Shown here: piece by piece, positions 39,401 to 47,500 of the stretch
Layout of the letters: every line of letters begins with the position of its first letter
How positions within the stretch are numbered: position 1 is the first letter of the stretch
DNA from: a bacterium
GTDB lineage: Bacteria > Hinthialibacterota > Hinthialibacteria > Hinthialibacterales > Hinthialibacteraceae
Direction: 5' to 3'
Assembly (NCBI GenBank): GCA_041946805.1
Contig: JBHGBC010000007.1
Location: forward strand, 18,723 to 82,722
Length of the DNA: 64,000 bases
The notes under the pieces: model-generated
Database searches by the model: none
Seen by the model: the letters and a program-made list of their open reading frames with translations, nothing else
Told to the model about the DNA's origin: nothing
Program-made: the position numbers and the translations under genes

Positions 39401-39905
39401 CCGAATTTTCCATGCGGAGCCCGTTCGAGTGGCTGTTCCGGAACGTGCAATGCCGGAACCGGGGGGAGGCGTCAAGCACGCGGAACTGGGTGGCCGCCGT
39501 GGAGGAGGCGAAATTGGATCCTCCGCCTTCAATGACGGCGTATTCCAGGCTGCTGGGCCGCCCGGGCGATTCACCGTTGATGAATATCCCGCCCCAGGTG
39601 TTGACGCCTGCCGCGGGCTGGAAGGTGACCGGCGCGTTCGTTGTTCCTTGCGCATCCAAAACGCCTAGGACTTCCATATCCACGCTGATATCGGCGAATT
39701 GTATGACGCAGCCGGGAAGGATGGTGAGAGTGATATTTTCCGGCACCGTCAGGTCGCCTTTCACCAGCACCGCCTGGTTGGGTCCCCAGGTGGTATCCGA
39801 GGGCAAGACGCCGGAGATTTCAAGAACTTGTCCCCAACTGGAGAGTACCAAGCTCCCGGACACAAAAAGCCACCCCATCCGACGAATCAAGAGATTGATT
39901 TTCAT
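30447..39905 (-). CDS. Giant secreted surface protein (3152 aa): beta-helix repeats, carboxypeptidase-regulatory-like/Cna-B repeats, DUF7619-like domain, FN3-like domain, dockerin-like C-terminus
   Basis: Signal peptide; six ~183-aa repeats with GG(S/T)NFAS; 'G.V.D..G.P...A' repeats; 'RDPNEKTGP..YTIFFEN..GFLPPN..IRNQASIVFD'; 'GDLNQDGFVN..DLNQDGRID'. Confidence 0.85.
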   Translation of the reverse strand: MKINLLIRRMGWLFVSGSLVLSSWGQVLEISGVLPSDTTWGPNQAVLVKGDLTVPENITLTILPGCVIQFADISVDMEVLGVLDAQGTTNAPVTFQPAAGVNTWGGIFINGESPGRPSSLEYAVIEGGGSNFASSTAATQFRVLDASPRFRHCTFRNSHSNGLRMENSEAVLSDCVFTANAQDAVQMTPSCSPALSNNSATGNRFDGLRIDGGHILETNVWRFSNLPYLVDHDIQIDSGAALTIEAGAVIQFAGIEDDLIAAGKLTAVGASGNPIVFTSLNDEAANSWGGILFSGNETNASLLEYCELRHGGSNFASATQDAMIRCENASPLFRNCRMEASKNHGMCLVNSAAVISSVLFKGNPRAAVTMDTASFPVFTSVTAEGNGFDAIQVRSGSLTASGRWDYAELPYLLAGDVTLESGVTLTIDPATVIQTGDLAVDLLVKGTLHAVGGADQPILFTSMGDKPENRWGGILFTGSTANASVLEHCAVRHGGSNFASAAIDSMIRCESSSPTFNACRVEDSANAGISLIDSQAQLTSIHFVNNRAAALYMDARCFPVFTGITAEGNGYDALLIRGGTILAGGRWDYAEIPYLLDSDITLASGATLTIDPGTVVQSRDIATDFIIQGTLYAAGETGRPIVFTSLKDIPDNAWGGILFSNSGSDGSILKHCQIRYGGTNFASATVDSMIRCEASSPTLSDCWIANSHTNGLSLITSRANVASVRFAANANYAAFMDLQSFPQFTAVSAESNQFDGILILNGTMNSSGRWDYAEIPYLIRNDVVIAPEAMLTIDPGTELQFTDIAADLRVDGALWAVGTVSNPIRFTSLHRTPAPGSWGGIYFSSTTNNAITRLQHCVMEYGGSNFASLTQASMVFCDGASPALENCVFQYSNSDGIWIKNGSPVFIEPVIQNNKGLAAQIFPNAFPVIQDAAAVANRFNAIKIAGGSWTGSGEWIEPGIPYLISEDVEIAPEARITIAKGNTIQFLQISSDLLIKGRLDAAGSDTLPILFTSAQTVPARGHWGALVFTAGSSGRLSQAEVEYGGSNFASEGLESQFRLMAGADVTLENLTLRESLNYGMIAEATAATLTNLSFEDNTRGGLRGDQKAAVEITASRFTKNGQGVAVRDQAQLTLRGNVFQENTDALFTYGDESRIRFGNNQFLGNNRTGSVNFLTAASSEPGNIVSGDQAGLEIGSGELKESGALHALLGGYYEIHRSRTIAPTGSLQIRPGTFIALEGGDAGFVVSGFLGINGQINQPVQLAAPPTVPDATRWSVYAGILLQDEGKGSIRHAVIRNAGIGRAGVEARGLADVSLESCRFEYNQFALRVLQSARMTTAYSRFLNNGTALETNGQSGMDAAVQFSHIVGNQAGVNNLSPSINVNATFNWWGSANGPSGSGPGNGDSVSQGVLFEPWFTSEEQVPDQVLVAREVELHTPYSETVEKYGLKLYKFHAQAGRNLLCRLIHANASSRYHIFAALGYEPSPARYDRRSITPQLRPAYELLMTQTGEGDYYFLVFAIGLADSQETYQIQFDYVDQYVVSLSPTQGGNLGDVTLSLEGSLFQSGVEVRLAGPGGTAISAYEILVPDSTKLHARMNLRGAPIGSYNLEVKWPGGIAQSTFENAFQVTPGIGPRLEAELLAPNAIRPGRTYTLLIRYQNTGDADMTAPVLLLRSEADVPLGLDPDAPLETKPVRFLAVPREGPAGILAPGAEGSIAVYFQSGAANRISFSLEAIQDLNSLVAWDAPEWTAYVDAVGPTWGDYQDALATMATGLWSQGVILAGADELLARLLGPLQQKPGGEIHGRLVDEEYGHPQTGASILIQNISSSGIPAFSTTADTNAEGQFEFINLPSGIYSIEVNGYPGVNPGQINVNEGQIVSGVEWRVPYGGIIEGTVFEMPGRTPFEGVMLTLQDGLGGIRAMVADETGAYRFPALPAGLYSLEALHPSYAAKRYDGLQVWNGRALKEVDFLLEPSVYLNGVVQDADTGQPIANPMIYLKTPQGSLLPAWSFEDGTYSIAELAPGNYELRCQADGYQVLAPLAVTVPESGLNGLTIQMKRGAVCQGRVLDAAAGSPLENAILLFTNLVTQTSDTAQTNALGNFTVSRLTPGIHSVWINATGYELQIRMIEIQSGAANTLGDVLLPPGGSLTGRVLDADGITPLADSLVSAVSVDGVVLGMVMSDGQGGFAFHNLPQRSLTLSALLADYTFPRQTIQVNGNMDGITLIAASGKIAGTITAGTSALGVENAIIEAVPLDPGAEVRQGSMASSGADGQYELNHLVPGNYLLAVIAPGLGRMTQQVTLGDSALSLDFALPAESLVTGKIVSARTGDPVSDAVVLFKEAAGDPGLKSFSAGDGTFTMAGMAAGTYEVHVQAAGFPRYKQSGFAVLESGATPPLSITLPSEDQTVTGTIRDSASLLPLAGAVVIFKLDGLEAARSTASAEGVYQSTPLAVGSYQLDIIFGSQVAKDSVEVTDLSGSFVKDIALPLAPGAGFDPWPITPQFVDTTKKLADDPSASLMNARGFQEYLDGFLDWLSNTNIPADYRLFVTERSGLARDPRVMEMINHAGGLQNWNAIVKNPDAQCRNEAKNVGKLLAQSEYVYMDAWKAKGNANFTWLASGGEVGLQAAVLAGKIAELELAAYEAGAAAVVNGPKIIAAIQKLKEGKVWGQRLLKVLSYIEQYKGRLTFLKDARNNELTWRSIAEEFHTFLGLLAKLKPLMNMIKSEEFKRAFEPVLNLIGIVNESIKLVESTIDAVRSIRDNTNAASGRYHAYQLYVARAQKAFQKYLDCTGEKSPFPQPPTTPVQQTNSPVVVTRDPNEKTGPGGKEAVISGQDPLTYTIFFENTPEATASVQQVILTDDLSNQLDWTSFELSEVAIGGRIIPIPAGHTDHYQRVAWDEYAVDIEARLNPYTGRARWTLTLIDPETGAIPLDGTAGFLPPNDSATGRGEGHVTFRIDPAAGLQPGTAIRNQASIVFDANAAIVTNETIHTLATQPPNPPEALSPVAGAYSPALTPVLQASEYAHPLGTPRKAAQFEIREYTFGTLVWESGSLAPTSQTKIPLGPLQSGQNYEWRVRYQDANEQWSEWSEFAWFTTKAHSLFGDLNQDGFVNRVDLLILIHNWHGSSAADLNQDGRIDRKDLLLFSDRWKGTH

Positions 39906-40027
39906 GGCTTCCCACCTTTTCCCGCCTGGAACCGGGAGCCCGATTGGTAAGGATATGGAGGAGCTATAAAGGATGTGTAATTTTAGCCAAATTCTGGTTA
40001 ATTTTCTATCTATTTTTTAAAAAAAGG

Positions 40028-40237
40028 GGTTCATCCGGCAAGTGCGTACTTTTCATCAAATGGCCAACCCGCGACTCGTTGAAGGGACCCATGAAAACCA
40101 CCCCCAAAATCCCCTCTCCCTCTGGGAGAGGGCCAGGGTGAGGGAATTCAGGTCGGTGCGGACCTGGAAGTCCGCCCTCATCCCGGGGTGAATGAAATCA
40201 ATTTTACAACATCCGGTACGCACTTATCGGATGAACC
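40028..40237 (+). mobile_element. 210-bp MITE-like element with TIRs and an apparent 8-bp target duplication
   Basis: GGTTCATCCGGCAAGTGCGTAC ... GTACGCACTTATCGGATGAACC; AAAAAAGG on both flanks; REP 40111-40145 inside. Confidence 0.8.
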
Positions 40238-40435
40238 AAAAAAGGGATATAACAAGCGCTTGCTGTGCTTTGAAAAAGGAGCGGTGCACAGTTTTTGAAT
40301 CCTTGACAACTCGGGAAGATCATGTCCGTTCCGGCCCGGGATACTCATTATTTCAATTGTTCACAATCACTTCACACCGCGGACCGGTTCCAGCACAATG
40401 ATGTTCATAACAAAATAGCAAAGGCTGAATTAGCC

Positions 40436-42943
40436 ATGACCCAAGTTTTCAGTTTCAAATTCCCTAGGCCTTGGTTAATTTTCTGTTTCATGGTGTGGTT
40501 TACAATGGGGCCCGATGCCTCCATGGCTCAAGAATCCGTTCCCCGGTCCATCGGCGGGATCTATCCGCATCTGGCGTACTGGAATCCCAACGACGAATGC
40601 GGCACGGGCGCGGTCGTCCCCTGGGCCGGAAAACTCTGGGTGATCACCTACTCCCCGCACTTTCCTCAGGGATCCGAAGACAAACTGTATGAAATCACGC
40701 CGGATTTACACGTCACGGCCTTTACCGGCAGCGTGGGCGGAACCCCGGCCAACCGCATGATTCACCGGGAAACCAATCAACTCCTCATCGGGCCGTATGT
40801 CATCGATCAGGAAGGCACTGTCCGCGTCATCCCCCCCGCCCAGATGTTCGGACGCCTCACCGGCAACGCCCGTCATCTCTTCGAGCCCGAAAGAAAAATT
40901 TACTACGCCACGATGGAAGAAGGTTTTTATGAAGTCGATCTGGTCACGCTGGAAGTCAACGAGCTGTTCCGCGACGATCAGGGAAGCATCCAAGGCGGAC
41001 ATCTGGCTGATAGCGTGACGGCGAAACCGTTGGCGGATTTGCCGGGCTATCATGGCAAAGGCTTTTATTCGGGCCAAGGCCGGGTGATCTACGCGAACAA
41101 CGGCGATCCATCGGCCGAGGCCCGCCGCCGTCCCGACGTCCCCTCGGGTTGCCTGGCGGAATGGGATGGCCAAAGCGCGAAATGGAACATCGTCCGCCGC
41201 AACCAATTCTGCGATGTGCGCGGCCCCGGCGGAATTCATGGCAATCCGAATCCGGACACCGATCCGGTGTGGGCAATCGGCTGGGATCACCGTTCCTTGA
41301 TCCTGATGTTGTTGGATGGCGGGCAATGGCACGCCTACCGGCTGCCCAAGGCGTCGCATACCTATGACGGCGCGCATGGCTGGAACACCGAATGGCCGCG
41401 GATCCATGACATCGGGGAAGAAGACCTGGTCATGAACATGCACGGGATGTTCTGGCGGTTTCCACGTACCGTTTCGCACAAGAACTCCGCGGGTCTCCGG
41501 CCCCGGTCCACTTATTTGAAAGTCGTGGGGGATTATGGCCGCTGGGGGGACCGGCTGGTGTTCGGCTGTGACGACACGGCCAAAAGCGCGTTTCTCAATA
41601 CCTGCCGCGCGAAGGGGAAACTGGCCGCCCCCGGGCAGTCCAATTCCAACCTGTGGTTCGCCAAGCCCTCCATTCTAGATGAACTGGGCCCCCCGCTGGG
41701 ACGCGGCGGAGTATGGGCCAACGAGGACGTCAAAGCGAATCAGCCCTCGGATTCGTACCTGTTCCAGGGATTCCAACGACGTGGAGTCCACGTCGAGCAC
41801 AACACGGACGCGCCGGTGAAGTTTACTTTCGAAATCGACCGCGAAGGCAATGGGCAATGGCAATTCTTCCGGGACGTGACCGTCCCGGGGCAATCGGCCA
41901 CCTGGTGGTCATTTGATTCGGATGCCCCCGGCATATGGATTCGTGTGTCAACGGATAGAGACTGTCTGGGCGCGTCGGTTCAGTTCGCCTACTCGAACGC
42001 GGACACCCGGAGCATGGAAGCCGATCCAATTTTTAATGGCCTGGCCGGGCTGGGATCGCGCAATCTCTCCGGTGGCATCGTGCACGTGCGCGGCCATGAT
42101 CTGAAAACGTTGGCTTTCGCGGCCGTGCGGGCATCCGAGGGCAAAATCTCCGAACCCCGCTTTTATGAGTTGGATGGAAACCTGGTTCTAAAACGGGTTG
42201 ATGATCAACCGGCATTGCAATGGACGCTGGACAACTGCGCGATCCCCGAAAATATCCTGATTCATGACGCGGCATCCATAATTTACATTGACGATGACGG
42301 CAACCGGTGGCGGTTGCCCAAGGGCCATCGTGCATTCGACACCAATGGATGCCTGGGGCCCGCGCGGATCGACCGCGAGGTGGTCACGGAACGGGATCTG
42401 TTCCATTGCGGCGGGATCTTTTATGAACTGCCCGCGCGCAACGCGGGCGGTTTCGCCAAAATCCGGCCGATTGGCCATCACCATTTCCGGATTCATGATT
42501 ATTGCAGCTACCGGGGCATGCTGATCCTGACCGGTGTGGAGACTGATTTTCCGTCCGGTAATCCGCATATCATCCGTTCGGATGACGGCCGTGTGGCGCT
42601 ATGGGCGGGCGTGATCGATGATCTGTGGAAGCTGGGCAAACCCGCCGGCGTGGGCGGCCCTTGGAATGACAGCGAAGTTCAAGCGAAGGTTCCATCCGAT
42701 CCCTACTTGATGACCGGCTTTGACAACAAGTCCGTTACCCTGTCCCATCGTTCCCCAAGGCCGGTTACTTTCACCCTGCAGGTAGAAATCGATGGCGCGG
42801 GCACCTGGGTGGATTACCGATCGTTCACCGTTCCGGCGGGTGAAACCGTGACATATCAATTCCCGCCGGAATTCTCGGCCTATTGGATCCGCGCGGTCAG
42901 CGATCAGGATACCCAGGCCGGCGTACTATTCACGTACCGGTAA
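40436..42943 (+). CDS. Large secreted hypothetical protein (beta-rich, possibly beta-propeller) with a duplicated 'PSDxYL..GF' C-terminal module
   Basis: Signal peptide, Trp/Gly-rich; 'GGVW...PSDSYLFQGF...AGIWIR-like' and 'GGPW...PSDPYLMTGF...AYWIR' modules. Confidence 0.75.
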   Translation: MTQVFSFKFPRPWLIFCFMVWFTMGPDASMAQESVPRSIGGIYPHLAYWNPNDECGTGAVVPWAGKLWVITYSPHFPQGSEDKLYEITPDLHVTAFTGSVGGTPANRMIHRETNQLLIGPYVIDQEGTVRVIPPAQMFGRLTGNARHLFEPERKIYYATMEEGFYEVDLVTLEVNELFRDDQGSIQGGHLADSVTAKPLADLPGYHGKGFYSGQGRVIYANNGDPSAEARRRPDVPSGCLAEWDGQSAKWNIVRRNQFCDVRGPGGIHGNPNPDTDPVWAIGWDHRSLILMLLDGGQWHAYRLPKASHTYDGAHGWNTEWPRIHDIGEEDLVMNMHGMFWRFPRTVSHKNSAGLRPRSTYLKVVGDYGRWGDRLVFGCDDTAKSAFLNTCRAKGKLAAPGQSNSNLWFAKPSILDELGPPLGRGGVWANEDVKANQPSDSYLFQGFQRRGVHVEHNTDAPVKFTFEIDREGNGQWQFFRDVTVPGQSATWWSFDSDAPGIWIRVSTDRDCLGASVQFAYSNADTRSMEADPIFNGLAGLGSRNLSGGIVHVRGHDLKTLAFAAVRASEGKISEPRFYELDGNLVLKRVDDQPALQWTLDNCAIPENILIHDAASIIYIDDDGNRWRLPKGHRAFDTNGCLGPARIDREVVTERDLFHCGGIFYELPARNAGGFAKIRPIGHHHFRIHDYCSYRGMLILTGVETDFPSGNPHIIRSDDGRVALWAGVIDDLWKLGKPAGVGGPWNDSEVQAKVPSDPYLMTGFDNKSVTLSHRSPRPVTFTLQVEIDGAGTWVDYRSFTVPAGETVTYQFPPEFSAYWIRAVSDQDTQAGVLFTYR

Positions 42944-43134
42944 ATCCGTGTCCATTCGATAAAACGGACTTTCCTCGATGGCCGGGATCTCTGCTCGTAT
43001 TTCATTGTCATCCTTCCCGCCTGAAAATGGGAATTCACTTGGCATGATTCCATGTTCGCCGATATGGTATAGAGGGCAAGAGGATTTTCCTCCAGGAATT
43101 TCTGATAATAAGCGTACAGGCGAGAGAAAATCAC

Positions 43135-43488
43135 ATGTCTATTCAAATCAAACGCGCGTATGATCCGCCGGATCCCGGCGATGGATTCCGGATTCTGGTG
43201 GACCGGATCTGGCCCCGGGGACTGAAAAAGGAAGAGGCGAAAATTGACCTGTGGCTTAAGGACGCCGCTCCCAGCACGGAACTGCGCAGGTGGTTCGATC
43301 ATCAATCCGAACGCTGGGAGGGATTTCAAGAAAAATACCTCGCCGAGTTGAAAGCGCGCCCCGCGGTTCTCGAACCGTTACGGGAAACGTTGCGAAGGGA
43401 AAAAAACGTCACGTTGGTTTTTGCCGCCAAGGATGCCGAACATAACAACGCCGTGGTGCTGCGGGATTATCTGGCGCGTGGACACTAA
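43135..43488 (+). CDS. yeaO: DUF488 family protein (YeaO-like)
   Basis: 'IKRAYDPP...DGFRILVDRIWPRGLKKE', 'APSTELRRWF', 'HNNAVVLRDYL'. Confidence 0.88.
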   Translation: MSIQIKRAYDPPDPGDGFRILVDRIWPRGLKKEEAKIDLWLKDAAPSTELRRWFDHQSERWEGFQEKYLAELKARPAVLEPLRETLRREKNVTLVFAAKDAEHNNAVVLRDYLARGH

Positions 43489-43510
43489 CCGTGGCTCCTC
43501 GTAAAATTAT

Positions 43511-43545
43511 TCCCACTCCCTCTGGGAGAGGGCCAAGGTGAGGGA
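43511..43545. repeat. REP-like palindrome
   Basis: TCCCACTCCCTCTGGGAGAGGGCCAAGGTGAGGGA just after the yeaO stop. Confidence 0.8.
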
Positions 43546-43813
43546 ATACCTTTTCAAAGTGTTTTTACTTCCCAAATCACGCAAATGCCCCTGGTGATCA
43601 ATCATGGATGTTTCCTTTCGGGAAAGGCTCTTCCGTTGCCCGGGTTTTCAACCCCAAATTCCCGGCTCACCTGCTCAAAAGCCGGGGAACATGATATGAT
43701 TTCTGGATTCGGCCGCGCGCGGGGGCGAGAAGATATTTCGTACATTTCCCAGGCCCCGGCGGGCGGACACAATCCGCAACGAGAAACGCAGTTGGTCAGG
43801 GGAATACCGAATA

Positions 43814-45193
43814 GTGGATGAAATGGTCCATATCGAAATACAGAATGCCAAAGCCATAACGCTCCCCGCATGGCATCCCGGCGGTTGGCGGTCGCGGCCG
43901 GTTCTGCAACAGCCCGAGTACGAGGATCCCGCGCGGCTGGAGCAGTGCGTCGACGTGTTGCGCGAGAAACCGCCGCTGGTCGCCCGGGGCGAAGTGGACC
44001 GGCTCCGTTCGATCCTGGCCGAAGCGGTGCGGGGGAAACGGTTCGTCCTGCATGGCGGGGATTGCGCGGAACGGTTCACGGATTGCACCAGCGCGGCCTT
44101 GACCGCCAAACTCCAGGTCCTTTTGCAAATGAGCCTGGTGTTGACGTACGCCACCCGCAAACCGGTGATCCGCATCGGGCGTCTGGCCGGCCAATACGCC
44201 AAGCCCCGCAGCGAACCCTACGAGCGGATCGGACAGGCGCAACTGCCGGTTTACCGCGGCGATCTGGTCAATTCCCATGAAGCGAATCCCGAGGCGCGCC
44301 GGGCGGATCCCGGCCGGATCATCGAGGGGTACCATCACGCGGCCGCCAGCCTGAATTTCATCCGCGCCCTGATCGAGGGCGGTTTCGCCGATTTGCATCA
44401 TCCCGAGCAATGGAACCTGGATTTCGTCAAGAACGGCGCGTACAACCAATCCTACCGCCGGGTGGTCGACGCCATCACCGACGCCATCGCCTTCATGGAA
44501 ACCGTGGGAGTGTCCGATTCCGCCGAGCATCTCAAACGCATCGAATTTTACACGTCGCATGAGGCGCTGCTGCTTCCGTACGAGGAAGGCCTGACCCGTG
44601 GATTCGGAGAACGGGACTTCTACAATCTGGGCGCGCACTTCCTCTGGCTGGGGTACCGGACCAGTATCCCGGACGGCGCACATGTGGAATACCTGCGGGG
44701 GATCCGCAATCCGGTGGGCATCAAGGTGGGGCCGCGGACGAAACTGGACAACCTGTTGGAAATTCTCGAGCGGCTCGATCCGGAGCGAGAACCGGGGCAG
44801 GTTACGCTCATCACCCGCTTCGGGGCCGCCCAGGTCGATGCCGGCCTGCCCCTTCTCCTCCACGCCGTCGCGGAGAGCGGCCACCCGGTGTTGTGGAGTT
44901 GCGATCCCATGCACGGGAACCTCGAATATACCCGCGAGGGACGCAAAACCCGCCGTCTCGGTTCTATCTTTTCCGAGTTGGAACAGACCTTTGCCATCCA
45001 CAACCGCCTGGGTTCGTGCCTGGGGGGGGTCCATTTCGAACTCACCGGCGAGGCGGTCACCGAGTGTGTCGGGGGATCCAGCGGATTGACGGAATCGGAC
45101 CTGTCGCAATGCTACGAAACCGCCTGCGATCCCCGGCTCAATGGCGCTCAGGCCCTGGAGATGGCCTTTTTAATCGCGGACCTGCTGCGGTGA
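43814..45193 (+). CDS. Class II 3-deoxy-7-phosphoheptulonate (DAHP) synthase
   Basis: 'GGDCAERF', 'GRLAGQYAKPRS', 'SHEALLLPYE', 'CDPMHGN', 'GGVHFELTG', 'CDPRLN'; exact start uncertain. Confidence 0.95.
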   Translation: MDEMVHIEIQNAKAITLPAWHPGGWRSRPVLQQPEYEDPARLEQCVDVLREKPPLVARGEVDRLRSILAEAVRGKRFVLHGGDCAERFTDCTSAALTAKLQVLLQMSLVLTYATRKPVIRIGRLAGQYAKPRSEPYERIGQAQLPVYRGDLVNSHEANPEARRADPGRIIEGYHHAAASLNFIRALIEGGFADLHHPEQWNLDFVKNGAYNQSYRRVVDAITDAIAFMETVGVSDSAEHLKRIEFYTSHEALLLPYEEGLTRGFGERDFYNLGAHFLWLGYRTSIPDGAHVEYLRGIRNPVGIKVGPRTKLDNLLEILERLDPEREPGQVTLITRFGAAQVDAGLPLLLHAVAESGHPVLWSCDPMHGNLEYTREGRKTRRLGSIFSELEQTFAIHNRLGSCLGGVHFELTGEAVTECVGGSSGLTESDLSQCYETACDPRLNGAQALEMAFLIADLLR

Positions 45194-45294
45194 AGCTGCG
45201 GGGTTGCTCTCCAGATTCCTAAGCGGAAGCAGGTTGAGACACTAACGGTTTTTTCTCCTTCCGCCGGCGGCGGAGTGGATCGTCTGAGAAAGTC

Positions 45295-45648
45295 ATGAAT
45301 CCGATCCCCATTCCCCCTCTGGATGAAGATCTGTTGGCTGAATGTGACCTGGAAACCTTCCGTTCCAGCGGCAAGGGCGGCCAGAATGTCAACCGGAGGG
45401 AAACGGCCGTGCGGCTGCGCCACCGCCCCAGCGGGATAGTCGTCGCCTGCCAGCAGGAACGCACGCAATTCCGCAACAAGCAGATCGCCCTGATGATTCT
45501 CCGGCGCAAACTGGAACGCCTGAATCAGCGGCGGCGGCCCCGGGTTGCCACCGCCATGCCCCGCAATGTCCGGGAACGGATTCTGGAATCCAAAAAACGC
45601 CACTCGATCAAAAAACAACTCCGAACCAAACCGGACAGGGACGATTAA
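45295..45648 (+). CDS. Short peptide-chain-release-factor-like protein (GGQ; ArfB/ICT1-like ribosome rescue factor)
   Basis: '[37 protein letters not shown]'; basic C-terminal tail '[16 protein letters not shown]'. Confidence 0.85.
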   Translation: MNPIPIPPLDEDLLAECDLETFRSSGKGGQNVNRRETAVRLRHRPSGIVVACQQERTQFRNKQIALMILRRKLERLNQRRRPRVATAMPRNVRERILESKKRHSIKKQLRTKPDRDD

Positions 45649-45896
45649 GATTTTTCCAATTCCTTTTTGCCGAGGGCTGGGAGCAGGGAATTGGCCCGGG
45701 ATGGATTTTGTGTCCGCCCCGGCCATCCGGTTTTCCTGCTTGGGAATAGGTTTTTTTTCAATTCCCTGTGAGTTTTGTTTGATTTTTCCCTTTGAATATG
45801 ATATAGACGATACGTGCCAGCCAAGGGAAAACCAAATCAGTCGCATTTTTCGGTATCCCGTATCCACGGTCATCGTGCCGGTCCGGATTTCTTTTC

Positions 45897-46823
45897 ATGA
45901 TCCAGGTGGAAAATCTCCAGAAAAGTTACGGCAATCTCCGGGCGGTGGATGGGATCTCGTTCGAAGTCCCGGAAGGCGAGTTGTTCGGTTTCTTGGGGCC
46001 GAACGGGGCGGGGAAAACCACCACCATTTCCATGATATCCGGCTTGTTGAAGCCCGATGCCGGCAGTATCCGGATCGGCGACATCGATGTCTGGCACACG
46101 CCCAAGGCCGCCAAACGGATCTTGGGGCTGGTTCCTCAAGATGTTTCCTTGTACGAGGAACTGACCGGGTGGGAGAACCTCCAGTTCTGGGGCAGCCTGT
46201 ACGATCTGCCGCGCGCCGAATTGAAGGCGAACATTGGTGAATGGCTGGAACGGGTGGGACTGTCCGACCGCGCGCGCGATCCGGTCGCGAAATATTCCGG
46301 CGGCATGAAGCGGCGGCTGAATCTGGCTGTGGGATTGGTTCATAATCCCAAAGTGGTGCTGCTGGACGAACCGACCGTGGGCATCGATCCCCAGGCGCGC
46401 AACGCCATCATGGAAATCATCCGCGAGATCGCCCGGTCGGGTGTGACGATCTTGTTCACCACGCATCATCTGGAAGAGGCGGAAAGCCTGTGCCAGCGGA
46501 TCGCCATCATGGATCACGGCCAGATCCTGGTGACCGGCAGCGTGGCCGAGTTGGCGAAAGTGGTGGGTGACGGCGACATCGTCACCGTGCGCGGCCCCTT
46601 TACCTCCGTGCAACTCAAAACGGTTTTTGAAAACGATGCCCTCCGCTTTTTGAGCCTGGCGGATGGTGAGGCGGTGATCAGTGTGCCCTCCGTGGGCAGC
46701 GGTCTGGCCTTGATCACCCAGCGGCTCAGCGAGGCGGGCATCGAGATCGCTAATTTAACGATCCAAAAACCTACCTTGGAAAGCGTGTTTCTCAAACTGA
46801 CCGGAAGAGAGTTGCGCGATTGA
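45897..46823 (+). CDS. ABC-2 exporter ATP-binding subunit (LnrL/YfiL-like)
   Basis: 'GPNGAGKTT', 'YSGGMKRRL', 'LLDEPTVGIDPQAR', C-terminal 'LESVFLKLTGRELRD'. Confidence 0.92.
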   Translation: MIQVENLQKSYGNLRAVDGISFEVPEGELFGFLGPNGAGKTTTISMISGLLKPDAGSIRIGDIDVWHTPKAAKRILGLVPQDVSLYEELTGWENLQFWGSLYDLPRAELKANIGEWLERVGLSDRARDPVAKYSGGMKRRLNLAVGLVHNPKVVLLDEPTVGIDPQARNAIMEIIREIARSGVTILFTTHHLEEAESLCQRIAIMDHGQILVTGSVAELAKVVGDGDIVTVRGPFTSVQLKTVFENDALRFLSLADGEAVISVPSVGSGLALITQRLSEAGIEIANLTIQKPTLESVFLKLTGRELRD

Positions 46824-47500
46824 AAACCATCTGGATCCTGGTCCAAAAAGATTTGCTGCGGGACCTGAAACGCCCGTGGGGGGTGATCGTGCTCATGTGC
46901 ATCCCGGTGATCACGGGATGGTTCATGTCCCTGGCCTTCGGAGGCGGGGAGGGAACCGAATCCGCGATCGTGATCCACGTCGCGGTCCTCGATCAGGACG
47001 AGAATTTCTTTGGCGGCATGATGCGGTCCATGGGATCGCAGGGAGATTCCCGGCAAAATCTGCAAATTCATCCCGTCACAACGGTGGAGGAAGGCATCCG
47101 CATGTTGGAGCGGCGCAAGGCCTCGGCGTTTTTGGTCCTGCCCGAAAATCTGACGAATGATTTGATCGGCGGAGTGACCGCCGCTGTTCAATTGTACAAA
47201 AATCCCGCGGAGGCCATGCTGCCCAAGGTGGTGGAGCAGGGAACCGGCCTGCTGGCGGTGGGCATATCGGAGTTTATGGACCTGATCGGGCCGCAAGTCA
47301 AAGATGTGGTGGACATGCTGGAAAGCGACACCGCGCCGTCCAACTGGGTGTTGGCCATGCGGTTTTATCAAGGTCTTCAGAAATTGGACACCGTGCGTGA
47401 TTATGTGTTCCCGCCCCTGATTGGGTTCGAGACGGTGGCCGCCAAGGAATATATCCCCAGCGCCTCCCGGATCGCGTCCGGCACGGGAGGCGCGCCATGA
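46820..47500 (+). CDS. ABC-2 permease, N-terminal half (TM1 + extracytoplasmic domain)
   Basis: 'KDLLRDLKRP', one TM, 'IHVAVLDQD', 'LVLPENL'; lacks the C-terminal TM bundle. Confidence 0.75.
   Translation: MKTIWILVQKDLLRDLKRPWGVIVLMCIPVITGWFMSLAFGGGEGTESAIVIHVAVLDQDENFFGGMMRSMGSQGDSRQNLQIHPVTTVEEGIRMLERRKASAFLVLPENLTNDLIGGVTAAVQLYKNPAEAMLPKVVEQGTGLLAVGISEFMDLIGPQVKDVVDMLESDTAPSNWVLAMRFYQGLQKLDTVRDYVFPPLIGFETVAAKEYIPSASRIASGTGGAP

Noticed and set aside
30447..39905. Giant protein as an RHS/YD polymorphic toxin or autotransporter
   Set aside because: No YD repeats, no RHS core signature, no C-terminal beta-barrel and no adjacent immunity-like gene
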